Notes: a model not told the origin generated them from the letters alone. Positions 33,305 to 43,856 are shown, numbered from the stretch's first letter. The stretch is 64,000 bases of DNA from Candidatus Heimdallarchaeota archaeon (GCA_046761065.1 JBHIFL010000002.1:1-64000), one strand, 5' to 3'. A program made the numbers and translations.

Positions 33305-34888
33305 TTGACCTTGAAGAATGTAAAAAAGTTATCTACAGAAAACGAGTTACTTGTAATCAAGGGACACGTGATAAAAACAACAAAATCTTTGTGCCCCGAT
33401 TGTGTGAAAATTCTTCCGGCTACGATCTTTGAACAAGATAACAAGGTCTGGATCACCAAAAAATGCCCTGACCACGGAGAAGTGACCGAACTATATTGGG
33501 GCAATTATGAGATGTACAAGAAGGCAAGAGAAGCGGATTACGAGGGAAAAGGAATCTTAAATCCCACCTCCCATATAACGAGAGGGTGTCCATTTGATTG
33601 TGGATTGTGTGAGATCCATAAATCCCATACTGCTCTTGCCAATATTGTTTTAACAAATCGTTGCGATCTTTCCTGTTGGTATTGTTTTTTTTATGCTAAG
33701 AAAGGCGAACGGATCTACGAACCAACAATCGACCAAATTAGATCCATGCTACGTACTTTAAGAAGTCAAAAACCCGTAGCACCTAATTGTATCCAGTTAA
33801 CTGGAGGAGAACCCGCACTTCGTGATGATATATTTGAGATAGTGCGATTAGTTCGTGAAGAAGGCTTTGATCATATCCAATTCAATACAAATGGGATTCG
33901 CTTGGCTAATGAACCAGATTTTGCGCGAAAGCTTCGGGAAGCGGGAGTCAACGTCATCTATCTCAGCTTTGATGGGATCACTCCCAAATCAAATCCAAAA
34001 AATCACTGGGAAATCCCAAAAGCCATCGAAAGTTGCCGTAATGGGGGACCAGGGATTGTTTTGGTCCCAACAGTGATTAAAGGAAAAAATGATCACGAAC
34101 TGGGGGATATCATTCGCTTTGGTTTTGACCATGTGGATAAGGTTCGAGCCGTTAATTTCCAGCCAGTTTCCCTAGTAGGACGAATGCCCCATCACGAACG
34201 AGAACGCCATCGTATTACCACTCCAGATGTTATAAAGAGCATTGAGGAACAGACAGACGGTCAAATTGGCCACGAAGCCTTTTACACGATTCCTAGTGTA
34301 GCAGGAATATCCCATCTAGTGGAAGCCCTAATAGGACACCCCACCTACGAGCTTTCAAACCATTTTGCTTGTGGAACTGCCACTTACATTTTCAAGGAGG
34401 GTGACAGGATGATACCCATCACAGACTTCTTTGATGTTGATGGATTTCTTGAATTCTGCGAACGTACCGCTATCAAGTATCAAGGCCGAAAGGTTAGTAG
34501 GTGGGGGAAACTTAAATTACTCTGGAACTTGAGAAAATTTATCGATAAAAAACGACAACCTAAAGCTTTGAATATCCGGACCCTATTATGGCAGATTTTC
34601 CAGAAAGGAGATTATGGAGGCCTCCGAGCATTCCACCACGCTTCACTATTTATCGGGATCATGCACTTTATGGATTTGTACAACTACGACATTGAACGCG
34701 TCAAAAAATGTAATATCCACTATGCCATGCCGAACGGCACTATTGTACCTTTTTGCGCATTTAATGTAATTCCAGCATACTACCGGGACAAAATTCAAGA
34801 AGAATACAGTATTCTACCTGAACATTGGGAACGAGAGCATAATAAAAAACTTAAAGACGACAAATATATACGGCAATATTCTCCTTAG
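33305..34888 (+). CDS. tes: radical SAM tetraether lipid synthase homologue (Tes / GDGT-MAS, MJ0619-like)
   Basis: SLCPDC...CPDHG, GCPFDCGLC..H, CDLSCWYCF, QLTGGEP, NFQP, YNYDIERVKKC, PFCAFN. Confidence 0.85.
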   Translation: MTLKNVKKLSTENELLVIKGHVIKTTKSLCPDCVKILPATIFEQDNKVWITKKCPDHGEVTELYWGNYEMYKKAREADYEGKGILNPTSHITRGCPFDCGLCEIHKSHTALANIVLTNRCDLSCWYCFFYAKKGERIYEPTIDQIRSMLRTLRSQKPVAPNCIQLTGGEPALRDDIFEIVRLVREEGFDHIQFNTNGIRLANEPDFARKLREAGVNVIYLSFDGITPKSNPKNHWEIPKAIESCRNGGPGIVLVPTVIKGKNDHELGDIIRFGFDHVDKVRAVNFQPVSLVGRMPHHERERHRITTPDVIKSIEEQTDGQIGHEAFYTIPSVAGISHLVEALIGHPTYELSNHFACGTATYIFKEGDRMIPITDFFDVDGFLEFCERTAIKYQGRKVSRWGKLKLLWNLRKFIDKKRQPKALNIRTLLWQIFQKGDYGGLRAFHHASLFIGIMHFMDLYNYDIERVKKCNIHYAMPNGTIVPFCAFNVIPAYYRDKIQEEYSILPEHWEREHNKKLKDDKYIRQYSP

Positions 34889-35207
34889 CCTCATAAAGAT
34901 GTCTTCTAGGATTTTTACCGATTATACTTCTGTTTAATTCCCAATGGAGAGTTCTTGGACAGACGGGTGAGGTGGTATAGAATCTAGTACATGTGTTTCA
35001 GAAATCTCCACAAGTGATTTTTCTGTACTAGGTACATTGCCCCTTCCTTACAAATTATAATACTTTCAATGGTTTTAAATCCGATGTGCGCGCTTCCTTC
35101 CCTCTCGCTTTCCTAATATAACGATTCGCTAATTCTAATTAAAAACCATTGGAAAAGGTTTTAGAGATGATTATTAGATTACCGTTTAAAGGGGGAGTTA
35201 ACAGTAA

Positions 35208-35308
35208 GCTCCGGTAGCCTAGTGGTAGGGCGACAGCCTCGTAAATTTAAAGAGTTAAAAAATGTTCGGGAAAGCTGTAGATCGCGGGTTCGATCCCCGC
35301 CCGGAGCT
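35208..35308 (+). tRNA. tRNA-Thr(CGT) with a canonical 37/38 intron (35244-35272)
   Basis: GCTCCGG/CCGGAGC acceptor stem, ACAGC-CTCGTA|A-GCTGT anticodon arm, GTTCGATC; TTTAAA box about 20 nt upstream. Confidence 0.93.
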
Positions 35309-35539
35309 TCCTATCCTTCGAAGAGGGGAGGGGATCTTATGAAAGTGGAGTCCGTGTAAGATCGTGATATGAGACCCATTTTTTACCAATTATAGGTAAT
35401 AATCGCTATCATGACCAATCTGATATTTTTCAAAAATAGAAGTCAAATAATATATATTTCGATAACTCTTCAGAAGCGATTAGGATTTCTTCTGGATTAT
35501 TAATTTATAATAAGAAAAGCAGAGCCTAAAAGTGTTCAA

Positions 35540-35875
35540 TTAGATCTCGAGTTCTACACCTACAGCCTGCTTGACTAGTTCTTTTAATGTATCTGTTTCT
35601 TTTTTAATTTTACCGCCTTTATCTGGGATTTCAATGATAACAGGGTATGTTCTCTCCTGTTGAATTTGAGCGATGATGTCTAGGGCTTGCGCAGCCAGTC
35701 GTTCAGTGATTAAAATGACAGCTACACCTTCTTGGCGGCTTAGTTTAACTATAATATTTTCAACAGGGTCAGATTCATCAAGAATGATTGTTTCCTTTAC
35801 TCCAGCAAGTTGCAATCCAATTATCGTGTCTTCATCTCCTATCGCTACGATCTTCATGAAATCACCGGGATTCAA
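35540..35875 (-). CDS. atpF: A/V-type ATP synthase subunit F
   Basis: KIVAIGDEDTIIGLQLAGV, IIEIP, VKQAVGV. Confidence 0.93.
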   Translation of the reverse strand: MNPGDFMKIVAIGDEDTIIGLQLAGVKETIILDESDPVENIIVKLSRQEGVAVILITERLAAQALDIIAQIQQERTYPVIIEIPDKGGKIKKETDTLKELVKQAVGVELEI

Positions 35876-35879
35876 CTGT

Positions 35880-36200
35880 TTACCTTGCGATAGTTATAAG
35901 ATATTTCCTAACTAACTCAGCAACTTCTTCAATTTTATTTTTGGCTTGTTGTTCGATCCTTTCCATCTCTTTTTTTGCACTTTGCTGTATTTTTTTGATT
36001 TCAATAGTGGAAGCTTGCTTAAATTCGTTCATAATTGTTGCCGCATTTTCTTTTGCGTGTTCTTCAGCAACCATAATGATGGAGCTTGCTTGCTCTTTCG
36101 CTTCTTTCAGGAGTTGTTGAGCTTTCTTCTGTGCGTTTGTGACACGATTTTCTGCCTGTTGCTCAGTCTCCCGAATTTTTTTAAAGAACTCGATTGACAT
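35880..36200 (-). CDS. A/V-type ATP synthase peripheral stalk subunit H (G-like)
   Basis: coiled coil (KIRETEQQAENRVTNAQKKA) directly upstream of atpF. Confidence 0.75.
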   Translation of the reverse strand: MSIEFFKKIRETEQQAENRVTNAQKKAQQLLKEAKEQASSIIMVAEEHAKENAATIMNEFKQASTIEIKKIQQSAKKEMERIEQQAKNKIEEVAELVRKYLITIAR

Positions 36201-36481
36201 TTCATTTAAACCCTCAAATTATCCTCTGTTCACAAGAAAGCTGACATATAGTTGAGAAAATTACTTGTCAAGCTTATTTCCCTCTTATTGAGAATATAAT
36301 TTATAGCTTTTGTGGCAAAGAATCGAGGATTGAAACTTAAGCAACTGGATTTCTGCATGAAGAATTCTTATCCAATGATAGAACATTCTGCCCTCCATCC
36401 TTATTAGTGTAAAAATCTGAAAACCGCAAAATTAAACGATCTTGAAAGGAAATCTAGAAACTTCTTTGGTGTTATCTAAGC

Positions 36482-36955
36482 CTAAAGACCCAATAAATTG
36501 AGAATATGCTTTTTTTCGATCATTTGATTGCAGTATCTACAACGTAATTGAAGTGGGATCTTCTTTACGACATCAAGTACCGAAATAATTGGTTCTGATC
36601 CATTGGAAATGCAATTGGGGTTAATGCATCGAATGTGTCGTTTGATTGTTGCAGGCATTTCTACGGGTTTCTTGTCTACTACTTGGTAATTCTTCACAAT
36701 ATTGATCGTCGCTTCAGGCGATACAATTGCAATCATATCGACCTCTCGTGGGTCTAAAGTTCGATCCTCAATTTTTACAATGTCTTTCTTCCCAAGAATG
36801 GTACTCGGCACATTAAGGACAATACTAACAGTATATCCTTCTTTCCCAGTCAGCCCCAGGATTGCTAACACATCAAGAGCCGAGCCAGCAGAAATATGGT
36901 CGATCACAGTCCCATTACGAATTTTCCGGACCCGCAACTCTTTTGCCATTCTCAA
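36482..36955 (-). CDS. pyrI: aspartate carbamoyltransferase regulatory subunit
   Basis: GTVIDHI, KDIVKIE, CINPNCIS, RCRYC. Confidence 0.97.
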   Translation of the reverse strand: MRMAKELRVRKIRNGTVIDHISAGSALDVLAILGLTGKEGYTVSIVLNVPSTILGKKDIVKIEDRTLDPREVDMIAIVSPEATINIVKNYQVVDKKPVEMPATIKRHIRCINPNCISNGSEPIISVLDVVKKIPLQLRCRYCNQMIEKKHILNLLGL

Positions 36956-36965
36956 AACCTCTAAC

Positions 36966-37898
36966 CTATTCTCCTAATATATGTACCAGTAAAGACATCC
37001 GAACAAATACTCCATTTCTTGCTTGCCGAAAATACACAGCATTAGGTAATTCATCCACCTCGAAAGCGATTTCATTCACTCGTGGCAACGGATGCATCAC
37101 CAACATCCCCTCTTTAACACTTTTAAGTAATGCCCGAGTGATTTGATAGCTCCCACGCACTTTTTCGTAATCAGCGGGGTCTGGAAACCGCTCTTTTTGG
37201 ATACGAGTCATATAACACACATCAAGCTCAGGAAGAACCTTTTCAAGATCGGTTGTCTCTGAAAAGGAGATATTTTTTTGCTCTAAATCATCAAGGATTT
37301 CCCGACGCATACGAAGTTCAGGCGGGGCAACGAAGTCAAAGGTCATATCAAAGTTAGCTAGTGCATAAGCTAAGGAATGAACAGTTCGTCCATATCTCAA
37401 ATCCCCTACGAATGCGATTCTCAACCCATCAAGAGTTCCTTTCTCCAAAAGAATGGTATACATGTCTAAGAGGGCTTGAGTCGGGTGTTCTCCGGCTCCT
37501 GAGCCTCCATTAATTACTGGGACCTCTGCAACTTCACTGGCAAAGCGGGCAGCCCCTTCCAAATAATGACGGAGGATAATCAAGTCGGAATATCCATCCA
37601 GCATGCGAATAGAGTCTGCAAGGCATTCTCCCTTAGCTACTGAGGCGGTTCGTGGATCAGAAAATCCCAACGTATTCCCTCCCATCCGCTTTACAGCTGA
37701 TTCGAAGCTTAATCGAGTTCGTGTACTGGGCTCATAAAATGCCACCGCCACGATTTTGCCCCGAAGTGCCTCTGAATACTTTTGAGGAGCAGTCTGAATC
37801 ATCTTGGCTAAATCAAAAATGGCTTTCATTTCTTCGAGTCTAAGATCTTTTACCGAAATCAGATCCCTACCCTGCAGCGTGGAATTCAATTTAATCAC
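36966..37898 (-). CDS. pyrB: aspartate carbamoyltransferase catalytic subunit
   Basis: FYEPSTRTRLSF, HPTQALLD, RIQKERF, MHPLPR. Confidence 0.98.
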   Translation of the reverse strand: MIKLNSTLQGRDLISVKDLRLEEMKAIFDLAKMIQTAPQKYSEALRGKIVAVAFYEPSTRTRLSFESAVKRMGGNTLGFSDPRTASVAKGECLADSIRMLDGYSDLIILRHYLEGAARFASEVAEVPVINGGSGAGEHPTQALLDMYTILLEKGTLDGLRIAFVGDLRYGRTVHSLAYALANFDMTFDFVAPPELRMRREILDDLEQKNISFSETTDLEKVLPELDVCYMTRIQKERFPDPADYEKVRGSYQITRALLKSVKEGMLVMHPLPRVNEIAFEVDELPNAVYFRQARNGVFVRMSLLVHILGE

Positions 37899-38168
37899 CT
37901 ATTATTTTCATTAAAATGCGGTATTTAAAATTTCAGGGAGAGGATATAAGCATGAAAAGGGTTTAATAAAAAGGGAGAAGCACTCATCAAATGAACAGAA
38001 ATACTTTTCGATGCGATTTGGCAAGTAACTCAAATAATGAATAAGAAATAGTAAAGAAAGGAACCGGACTTGAATAGGTACTGATTTTTGAGAATTGTTA
38101 GGCATATTGGTTTCTTAGATTGGTTGTCAGTTGGTATTTTTATTAAATCATTACTAGATTTGAAATTC

Positions 38169-38399
38169 TTACACAAGCTTAGGAGCTAATCCCATTGCGA
38201 TTAAGATGAGCCCCGTTATAACACGCTTCACCCCATTAGTACTCCACCCAGTTAAATAGACGAGTGCTCCCCATATAATTGTAAGTAACCCCCCAATCAC
38301 ACATAACTTCACAAAATAATAAAACGCTTTATCTAACCAAAACATAAATTTGGCAGGAAGTTCTGCCCAAGATTGCAAATAATCTATAGGATCAGACAT
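38169..38399 (-). CDS. small two-helix membrane protein
   Basis: 76 aa, two hydrophobic segments. Confidence 0.6.
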   Translation of the reverse strand: MSDPIDYLQSWAELPAKFMFWLDKAFYYFVKLCVIGGLLTIIWGALVYLTGWSTNGVKRVITGLILIAMGLAPKLV

Positions 38400-38661
38400 A
38401 TTTTATGCCTTCTTTACATAATAAAAGCGAGCTGATGCCCAAACAAATTCGCATATTCATCACAGTAATCTAATACCATGACATTCAACTATCCTGTTTA
38501 CAAGTTCACTTATAAAGCCCAATTCATCAAAAGTGTTGGTCATAAAATCGTTCTAATGTGATTTTCTAAAACAAGTCACCTTTTAACTAATTCATGCCTA
38601 TTATGACGTTTACTGTATTTAAAATAAAATCTATAGTTAAAACGAATATTACAGGATCACA

Positions 38662-39867
38662 TTAGGTGTAATATCCTTCCTTCAAGACCACGTTGATGGT
38701 TGCCCGAACATTATCTCTAGGTGTATGAGCAGCAATGCCAATTATTGAAAAAAGAGCAGGAACTCTCTTTTTAATTGCGAGAGCGCAAAGATGAGAGGAA
38801 TATTCTTGAATCTGGGTTACATCAGCATCTCTTAGAAAGTCAGGAGCTATGTTCATTGCAACCAAAGATTTCAGTCCCTTAGCAACATCAATTGTCGATT
38901 CGTCGAACTTTCTGCTGAATAGACCGTACTCATCGATTTCGTAGCCTAGATTTCCAATAAGAAGGCCTTTAAAAATCTGTTTCATATGGTTAATCTCTTC
39001 AGGGGAGGTGGGTTGCCAAATAAGTGGCGAAAACTGCAACCCTCGTAAAATCTCCTTTGTAAATGGATACACATATTGGGCATAGGCCTCAATATCCAAA
39101 TTCGGGGGAGATCCATAAAGATCGTAAACCGTGGTGCCAAAACCCAACGTCCCAGCCTCTTTATGTCTGTCACGTACTTCGAAACAAAGATTAAGAAAGA
39201 CTTCCATCTCACATTCCCAGAACAAAGGATCTATAGCTCTCGCCTGAGCCCTTCGCTCCAACTTTCGGCGGCGTGCAGCAGATTCTGTTTCGATATAGTT
39301 TTTGTATAAAATAAAATCTTGAATTAATCTATCTGCTTCGCGGAGAAAGGTTCCAAGTGTCCAAGGACATGGTATTAATGGGGGAAAAAGAAGGTTGGGA
39401 AATTCATCACGAACCAATCCAAGGGTTTCAATATAGTTCTCCAAATATCCACCAAGTTGGAGATGTAACGCATCTAGGTCTTTTGCTTCATTAACAGGGT
39501 ACTTGATTGGATAGGCAAAAGTGTCTCGTGGGAACTCGAATATGGTTCCACATTCGCAAGCACCTTCTGAAAGCATAACCCCTCCAAGCCATGGCTCACC
39601 CCACCAGTCTATATCGGGGATTAACTCCATAAGATCTTGAATGAATTCCAAGGAAAGTTTAGGGTCATTAACCAGTTTAAAATAATCATATTTAGAGGGA
39701 TTCACCCAGAATGGATTGATATTTGCGATGCCACATGCGAGTGGAATCCGATCAGGAATCTTTCCCATTAGTGCTAAGAGTGTTCGTTGTCTTCCGGAAA
39801 GCTTCTTCCCGAATTTTAGTTTGGTGAGACCATAAACAATATCTTTCATTAATCCAAATAAATTCAA
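38662..39867 (-). CDS. uroporphyrinogen decarboxylase / MtaA-like methyltransferase family protein (divergent)
   Basis: GKIPDRIP, PWTLG, TPRDNVRA; located next to corrinoid genes. Confidence 0.7.
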   Translation of the reverse strand: MNLFGLMKDIVYGLTKLKFGKKLSGRQRTLLALMGKIPDRIPLACGIANINPFWVNPSKYDYFKLVNDPKLSLEFIQDLMELIPDIDWWGEPWLGGVMLSEGACECGTIFEFPRDTFAYPIKYPVNEAKDLDALHLQLGGYLENYIETLGLVRDEFPNLLFPPLIPCPWTLGTFLREADRLIQDFILYKNYIETESAARRRKLERRAQARAIDPLFWECEMEVFLNLCFEVRDRHKEAGTLGFGTTVYDLYGSPPNLDIEAYAQYVYPFTKEILRGLQFSPLIWQPTSPEEINHMKQIFKGLLIGNLGYEIDEYGLFSRKFDESTIDVAKGLKSLVAMNIAPDFLRDADVTQIQEYSSHLCALAIKKRVPALFSIIGIAAHTPRDNVRATINVVLKEGYYT

Positions 39868-39996
39868 TTATTACACCTTAACTGTGTAACTATTAAAGTT
39901 TAAAAATTCCACTCCTACAAATATTGCTACACAAAACTTCAATAGATTCAGTCAAGCATTTGAACGTCTTTCGACTACTTCTCAATCCAAAAAAAT

Positions 39997-40153
39997 GCTG
40001 GGGTAGCCAAGCGGACAATATCCAATAGGTAATTGGCATATATGGAAAACGGCGCTGGCCTTGAGATCTCTGAAAATAAGGAAAATTTTATCAGAGAATG
40101 GTCAGTCAGTGGTCCATTGGACCTCGTGGGTTCGAATCCCACCCCCAGCGCCA
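39997..40153 (+). tRNA. tRNA-Ser(TGA) with two introns (D-loop ~40017-40047; 37/38 intron 40066-40103) and encoded CCA
   Basis: GCTGGGG/CCCCAGC acceptor stem, G discriminator, CTGGC-CTTGAG|A-GTCAG anticodon arm, long variable arm GGTCC..GGACC, GTTCGAATCC. Confidence 0.9.
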
Positions 40154-40255
40154 TTTTTTTTCTAAATAAAATATAGTCATGATTTCTTGAATAAAAAAGC
40201 CTGAATTCAAAATTCTTGTGCATTGTAGAAATACAATTTAATTGGGAATTATTAC

Positions 40256-41671
40256 TTAAAGTAACCGCGAATTAGAAACTGAAATATGAGTAGGAAATGT
40301 GTTTTCAGCTAAAAAATAATTGTTAAAATGTTCATTTCCCGTGAGAGGTATGTATTTGATCCCTTTGACCAACTTATCGATTTTTTCCCGTTCGTTTTTA
40401 TACAAGTAGTAAATAGCGCCCAGCCCCGCGGTGTTCCCCACGGATTCCACTTTATTACATGATGGGATCATTCCAACACGGACAGCATTTTCAGGTCTGC
40501 AATGGAGGCCAAACGCCCCAGCCAGATAGATCTTATGGAGCATATGGTGAGATGGGAGCATTTCATCTAAAATTGTTTGAATGGCAGCAGCAAAGGAAGC
40601 TTTTGCCATAAGTACTTCACCAATATCTTTCTGAGTGAGGACCAGATCAGGGGCTGTGTGTAATTGAAAACTTTTTCCATACTTTGTATGAATAATTCGA
40701 GGATGGTCAAATTGTGGAGGAAAAAGCCCACTAGGTGTTATCACTTGATGAAAGAGGAGTTCTGCTACAAGATCTATTACTCCACTTCCACAAAGACCGC
40801 GAGGAACTTGTTCTAGTCCGGGGTCATCAGAAATGACCTCATACGTAGGAGAAAGATCATTGTCCAAAGTAATATGCGCGATTGCTCCAGGTCTTGCACC
40901 CATCCCACAGAGAATTTGCATTCCCTCAAAACATGGTGCCGAAGAAACACTTGTTGCAAGAATGGTGTTCCCACTACTCATAGGTGATGGATAAGATATC
41001 GCGATTTCTCCATTAGTTCCTAAATCAAGAAATAATACATAAGGATCGGAGTCTAAACCTAGAACATAGGTACCCACCAATGCATCACCCCCCCAGTAAC
41101 CATGAACAACTGGAGGGGAATAAATCTCTGCATCTCTTGTGATCAAATTCACGTCAGTAGCATTTGCTTTTATTGGATCCTTGTAGTCAGCGTTATAAGG
41201 CGGATTGGTAGCCCAAATAGGAGGGATATCGAAGAAAAAGTCACGCATAGTGGTGTTTCCAACCAGAGTGACTATTATTATGTCTTCAGGTCTATTCGTC
41301 AGTTTAAGGATGAGTTCATTAATATCACGAATAACGAGGTCATGTAATTTTTTCTGGTTACCCGTGAGTGCACAATCCTGTCGTTTAATCACGTCAATTC
41401 CATATCGTCGTTGGGAATTGATTTTAGATGCGACTTGTTTTACTTGTTTCGTTGTAAAGTCCCAAAGATATGCGACTATAGTTGTCGTTCCTAGGTCTAC
41501 AGCAACTCCTAGGCCATCTTCAGCTGGAAATCTCTGAAAATCGAGTAAGAGGGTGGAGTGCGTTAAAATCGTGCGTTGGTCTATAAAGCAGCGGCCACAG
41601 TGGTGACATTGCTGGGTGCATTCATATAGAAGGGGCCTTGATTTATTCCCTGAAAATTGATCAGATTTCAT
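40256..41671 (-). CDS. ASKHA-domain corrinoid activation enzyme (RACo/RamA-like)
   Basis: AVDLGTTT, YGIDVI.R, VGNTTM, DLGTNGEI, GLCGSG, LAGAFG, GNTAG; N-terminal CxxxCxxCxxC. Confidence 0.88.
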   Translation of the reverse strand: MKSDQFSGNKSRPLLYECTQQCHHCGRCFIDQRTILTHSTLLLDFQRFPAEDGLGVAVDLGTTTIVAYLWDFTTKQVKQVASKINSQRRYGIDVIKRQDCALTGNQKKLHDLVIRDINELILKLTNRPEDIIIVTLVGNTTMRDFFFDIPPIWATNPPYNADYKDPIKANATDVNLITRDAEIYSPPVVHGYWGGDALVGTYVLGLDSDPYVLFLDLGTNGEIAISYPSPMSSGNTILATSVSSAPCFEGMQILCGMGARPGAIAHITLDNDLSPTYEVISDDPGLEQVPRGLCGSGVIDLVAELLFHQVITPSGLFPPQFDHPRIIHTKYGKSFQLHTAPDLVLTQKDIGEVLMAKASFAAAIQTILDEMLPSHHMLHKIYLAGAFGLHCRPENAVRVGMIPSCNKVESVGNTAGLGAIYYLYKNEREKIDKLVKGIKYIPLTGNEHFNNYFLAENTFPTHISVSNSRLL

Positions 41672-41686
41672 CTCATGCCACCATCT

Positions 41687-42901
41687 TTAAGCTTTGTCCT
41701 GATTAAAGATTCCACTCACCGCTTTCAAAACTTCCTGTACGTTATGCGCATAAATAATATCTCCAGTGGCTTCCGGAACTGCAGTATCTAACTCCTGTTT
41801 AAGTTTTTTCACTGTAAGTGAATTTACAGCGATTCCACCTGCAAGCACCGGCTTATTGATTCCTGCTTTTCGCAAAGCAAGGACTGTTTTCTTAAAAGAA
41901 GGAATTACAGTGTTAATAAAAGCAGAAATTCCAACAATGTCTGGCGAATGGTGAAAAACCGCTTGTACAAACTCTTCAGGGCCAATATCAACCCCTAAAT
42001 CGATAACTGCGTAGCCATTGAACTCAAGAAACATTTTTACAATGTTTTTACCAATGTCGTGAATATCCCCTTTTACTACCCCCAGAAGAATGCGACCGTT
42101 TTGTCTTAGTCGAGATAGAGTAGGGTATTCTTCATCGATAATATTTAATGCGTTTTTTACTGCCAAAGTGGCTTGAAGAACTTGAGGATAGTAGATTTCC
42201 CGTAACTCAAACAACTGTCCAATTTGTATTAAGGCGTGATCAAGATTCTCAAGCAATTTTTCGATAGGGCATTTTAAATTAATTAACTCGCTTGTTAACG
42301 CTTCAGTACCTTCGGGATCAATAATCCCAGTATTTAATCCGGAGACCGCTTCAGTTAATTTTTCAAGGAGCTCGCTCAAACCGAATGCTTCAGCTTGTTC
42401 GATGTAATGAATTGTAATGTTCAGGGCATGATCCACTTTAAATTCAGAAGACATCGCTGAAAGAAGAAGCTCACATGATGAGCAATTTACCATTTGAGTA
42501 ACATCTGTATGATTTGCTTTATGAGCATGTACTGCCAATAAATCATATAAACAGTGATCACGTTTATGAATTGAAGCACCAAATATTTGTTGATTGTTCC
42601 AAATTTCTAAAATGCTTTTTATTTTCCTATTACCTTTTTTAAAAGCTAAAAATGCCCGTTTTTTAGATAGATAGCCCCTTTCGATGAGAAACCCAATCCC
42701 AAAAGCTAAGAACAACAAAATCAAGAGTGTCATAAGTTTTATCGATTTCTTTATTAAAAAATAAGCTATACATCGAAAAAATATTAAATAAGACATTATA
42801 AATAATGTATACTTCAATCTAATCATATTCTGGAACTTTTGCCCACGAGTTGTTAACGAACGAATATTACTATGTAAATCATTTAATTCCTTCTCAATCA
42901 T
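41687..42901 (-). CDS. cobalamin-binding (corrinoid) protein with N-terminal transmembrane helices
   Basis: GDIHDIGKNIV (DxHxxG), VIDLGVD, VGISA, LAGG; two hydrophobic N-terminal segments. Confidence 0.88.
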   Translation of the reverse strand: MIEKELNDLHSNIRSLTTRGQKFQNMIRLKYTLFIMSYLIFFRCIAYFLIKKSIKLMTLLILLFLAFGIGFLIERGYLSKKRAFLAFKKGNRKIKSILEIWNNQQIFGASIHKRDHCLYDLLAVHAHKANHTDVTQMVNCSSCELLLSAMSSEFKVDHALNITIHYIEQAEAFGLSELLEKLTEAVSGLNTGIIDPEGTEALTSELINLKCPIEKLLENLDHALIQIGQLFELREIYYPQVLQATLAVKNALNIIDEEYPTLSRLRQNGRILLGVVKGDIHDIGKNIVKMFLEFNGYAVIDLGVDIGPEEFVQAVFHHSPDIVGISAFINTVIPSFKKTVLALRKAGINKPVLAGGIAVNSLTVKKLKQELDTAVPEATGDIIYAHNVQEVLKAVSGIFNQDKA

Positions 42902-43856
42902 TTTCCCCGCCTCTTAACCCATAATTCATGCCTTCTATTTGTAATCTTGAGGTGTGAAATCGCTTTTCTTTCACCATAAGGTATCCATTCTTCTCTATAA
43001 GACTTGAGATGGTGAGAAATACGTTCCAATCATCTGTTACTTGATTTGATACCCATTCATCAAATAAAATCCGCAGATTTCGAGATCCGTCCGCATATTT
43101 TGCTAAAATTAAAACTATTTGATCAACAACAGATTGAGCAATTCCTAACTCTCGCGAAATAAACTGATTTAGTGTATTAAGTTGATTTTGCTGTAATTTA
43201 GCTGTTGAAAAATGTGGATAAACTTTAGACAAGCGAACAAACCGATTTTTTGAGAACATGATATCCTCAATCAAGGATTTGCGAAAAACTTCATTTATCG
43301 TCACAGCAGTGAATCGTCTATTCAATAAAGAAGGAGCCATTTGTTTTACTATTGAATCTTTATCTTCACGAGGAAATACAATGATAGTCTTTTCTTTTGA
43401 TGAAATCACGAATAATTCCATACCTGCAAAATTTAATGTCACGAGTTTCCCATCAGGTACTCGTAAGTCGGTTAATGAAGACATAATTGTGCTAATCATA
43501 AAAGCCGTTTGTTTCTCAGCAAAAATAGGGCAACAAGAGTCATCAAATTCTCCTCGAATTGAATCTACTATAATAACACCATAGACAAAATTGTTGTTAA
43601 TGAGAACTCGCTTTTTATTATTTCGAAAAAACAATTTTACGTCATTTTCATAAATATACTGTCCTCGGTGACTCCCTTTTGATCCATAAAATACTATCAG
43701 AGTATGATCCCCATGAGAAAAAGCCTTTCCAGCCACTCCACTAATTTTGGCCTTTTTTAAATCTGTGGGGCTTAAACTTAACTTTTCTTCCTTTCCACAT
43801 TTAGGACACGGTTCTGCAATAATTACTCGTTCAGATTGAATCGTTTCATAATTCAA
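42894..43856 (-). CDS. hypothetical protein with CPxC..HxxH N-terminus and possible C-terminal winged helix
   Basis: 320 aa; overlaps both neighbouring genes. Confidence 0.75.
   Translation of the reverse strand: MNYETIQSERVIIAEPCPKCGKEEKLSLSPTDLKKAKISGVAGKAFSHGDHTLIVFYGSKGSHRGQYIYENDVKLFFRNNKKRVLINNNFVYGVIIVDSIRGEFDDSCCPIFAEKQTAFMISTIMSSLTDLRVPDGKLVTLNFAGMELFVISSKEKTIIVFPREDKDSIVKQMAPSLLNRRFTAVTINEVFRKSLIEDIMFSKNRFVRLSKVYPHFSTAKLQQNQLNTLNQFISRELGIAQSVVDQIVLILAKYADGSRNLRILFDEWVSNQVTDDWNVFLTISSLIEKNGYLMVKEKRFHTSRLQIEGMNYGLRGGEND

Noticed and set aside
40062-40064. TGA in the tRNA read as tRNA-Sec or a UGA suppressor
   Set aside because: Anticodon TGA decodes UCA (Ser); a Sec or suppressor tRNA needs anticodon TCA.
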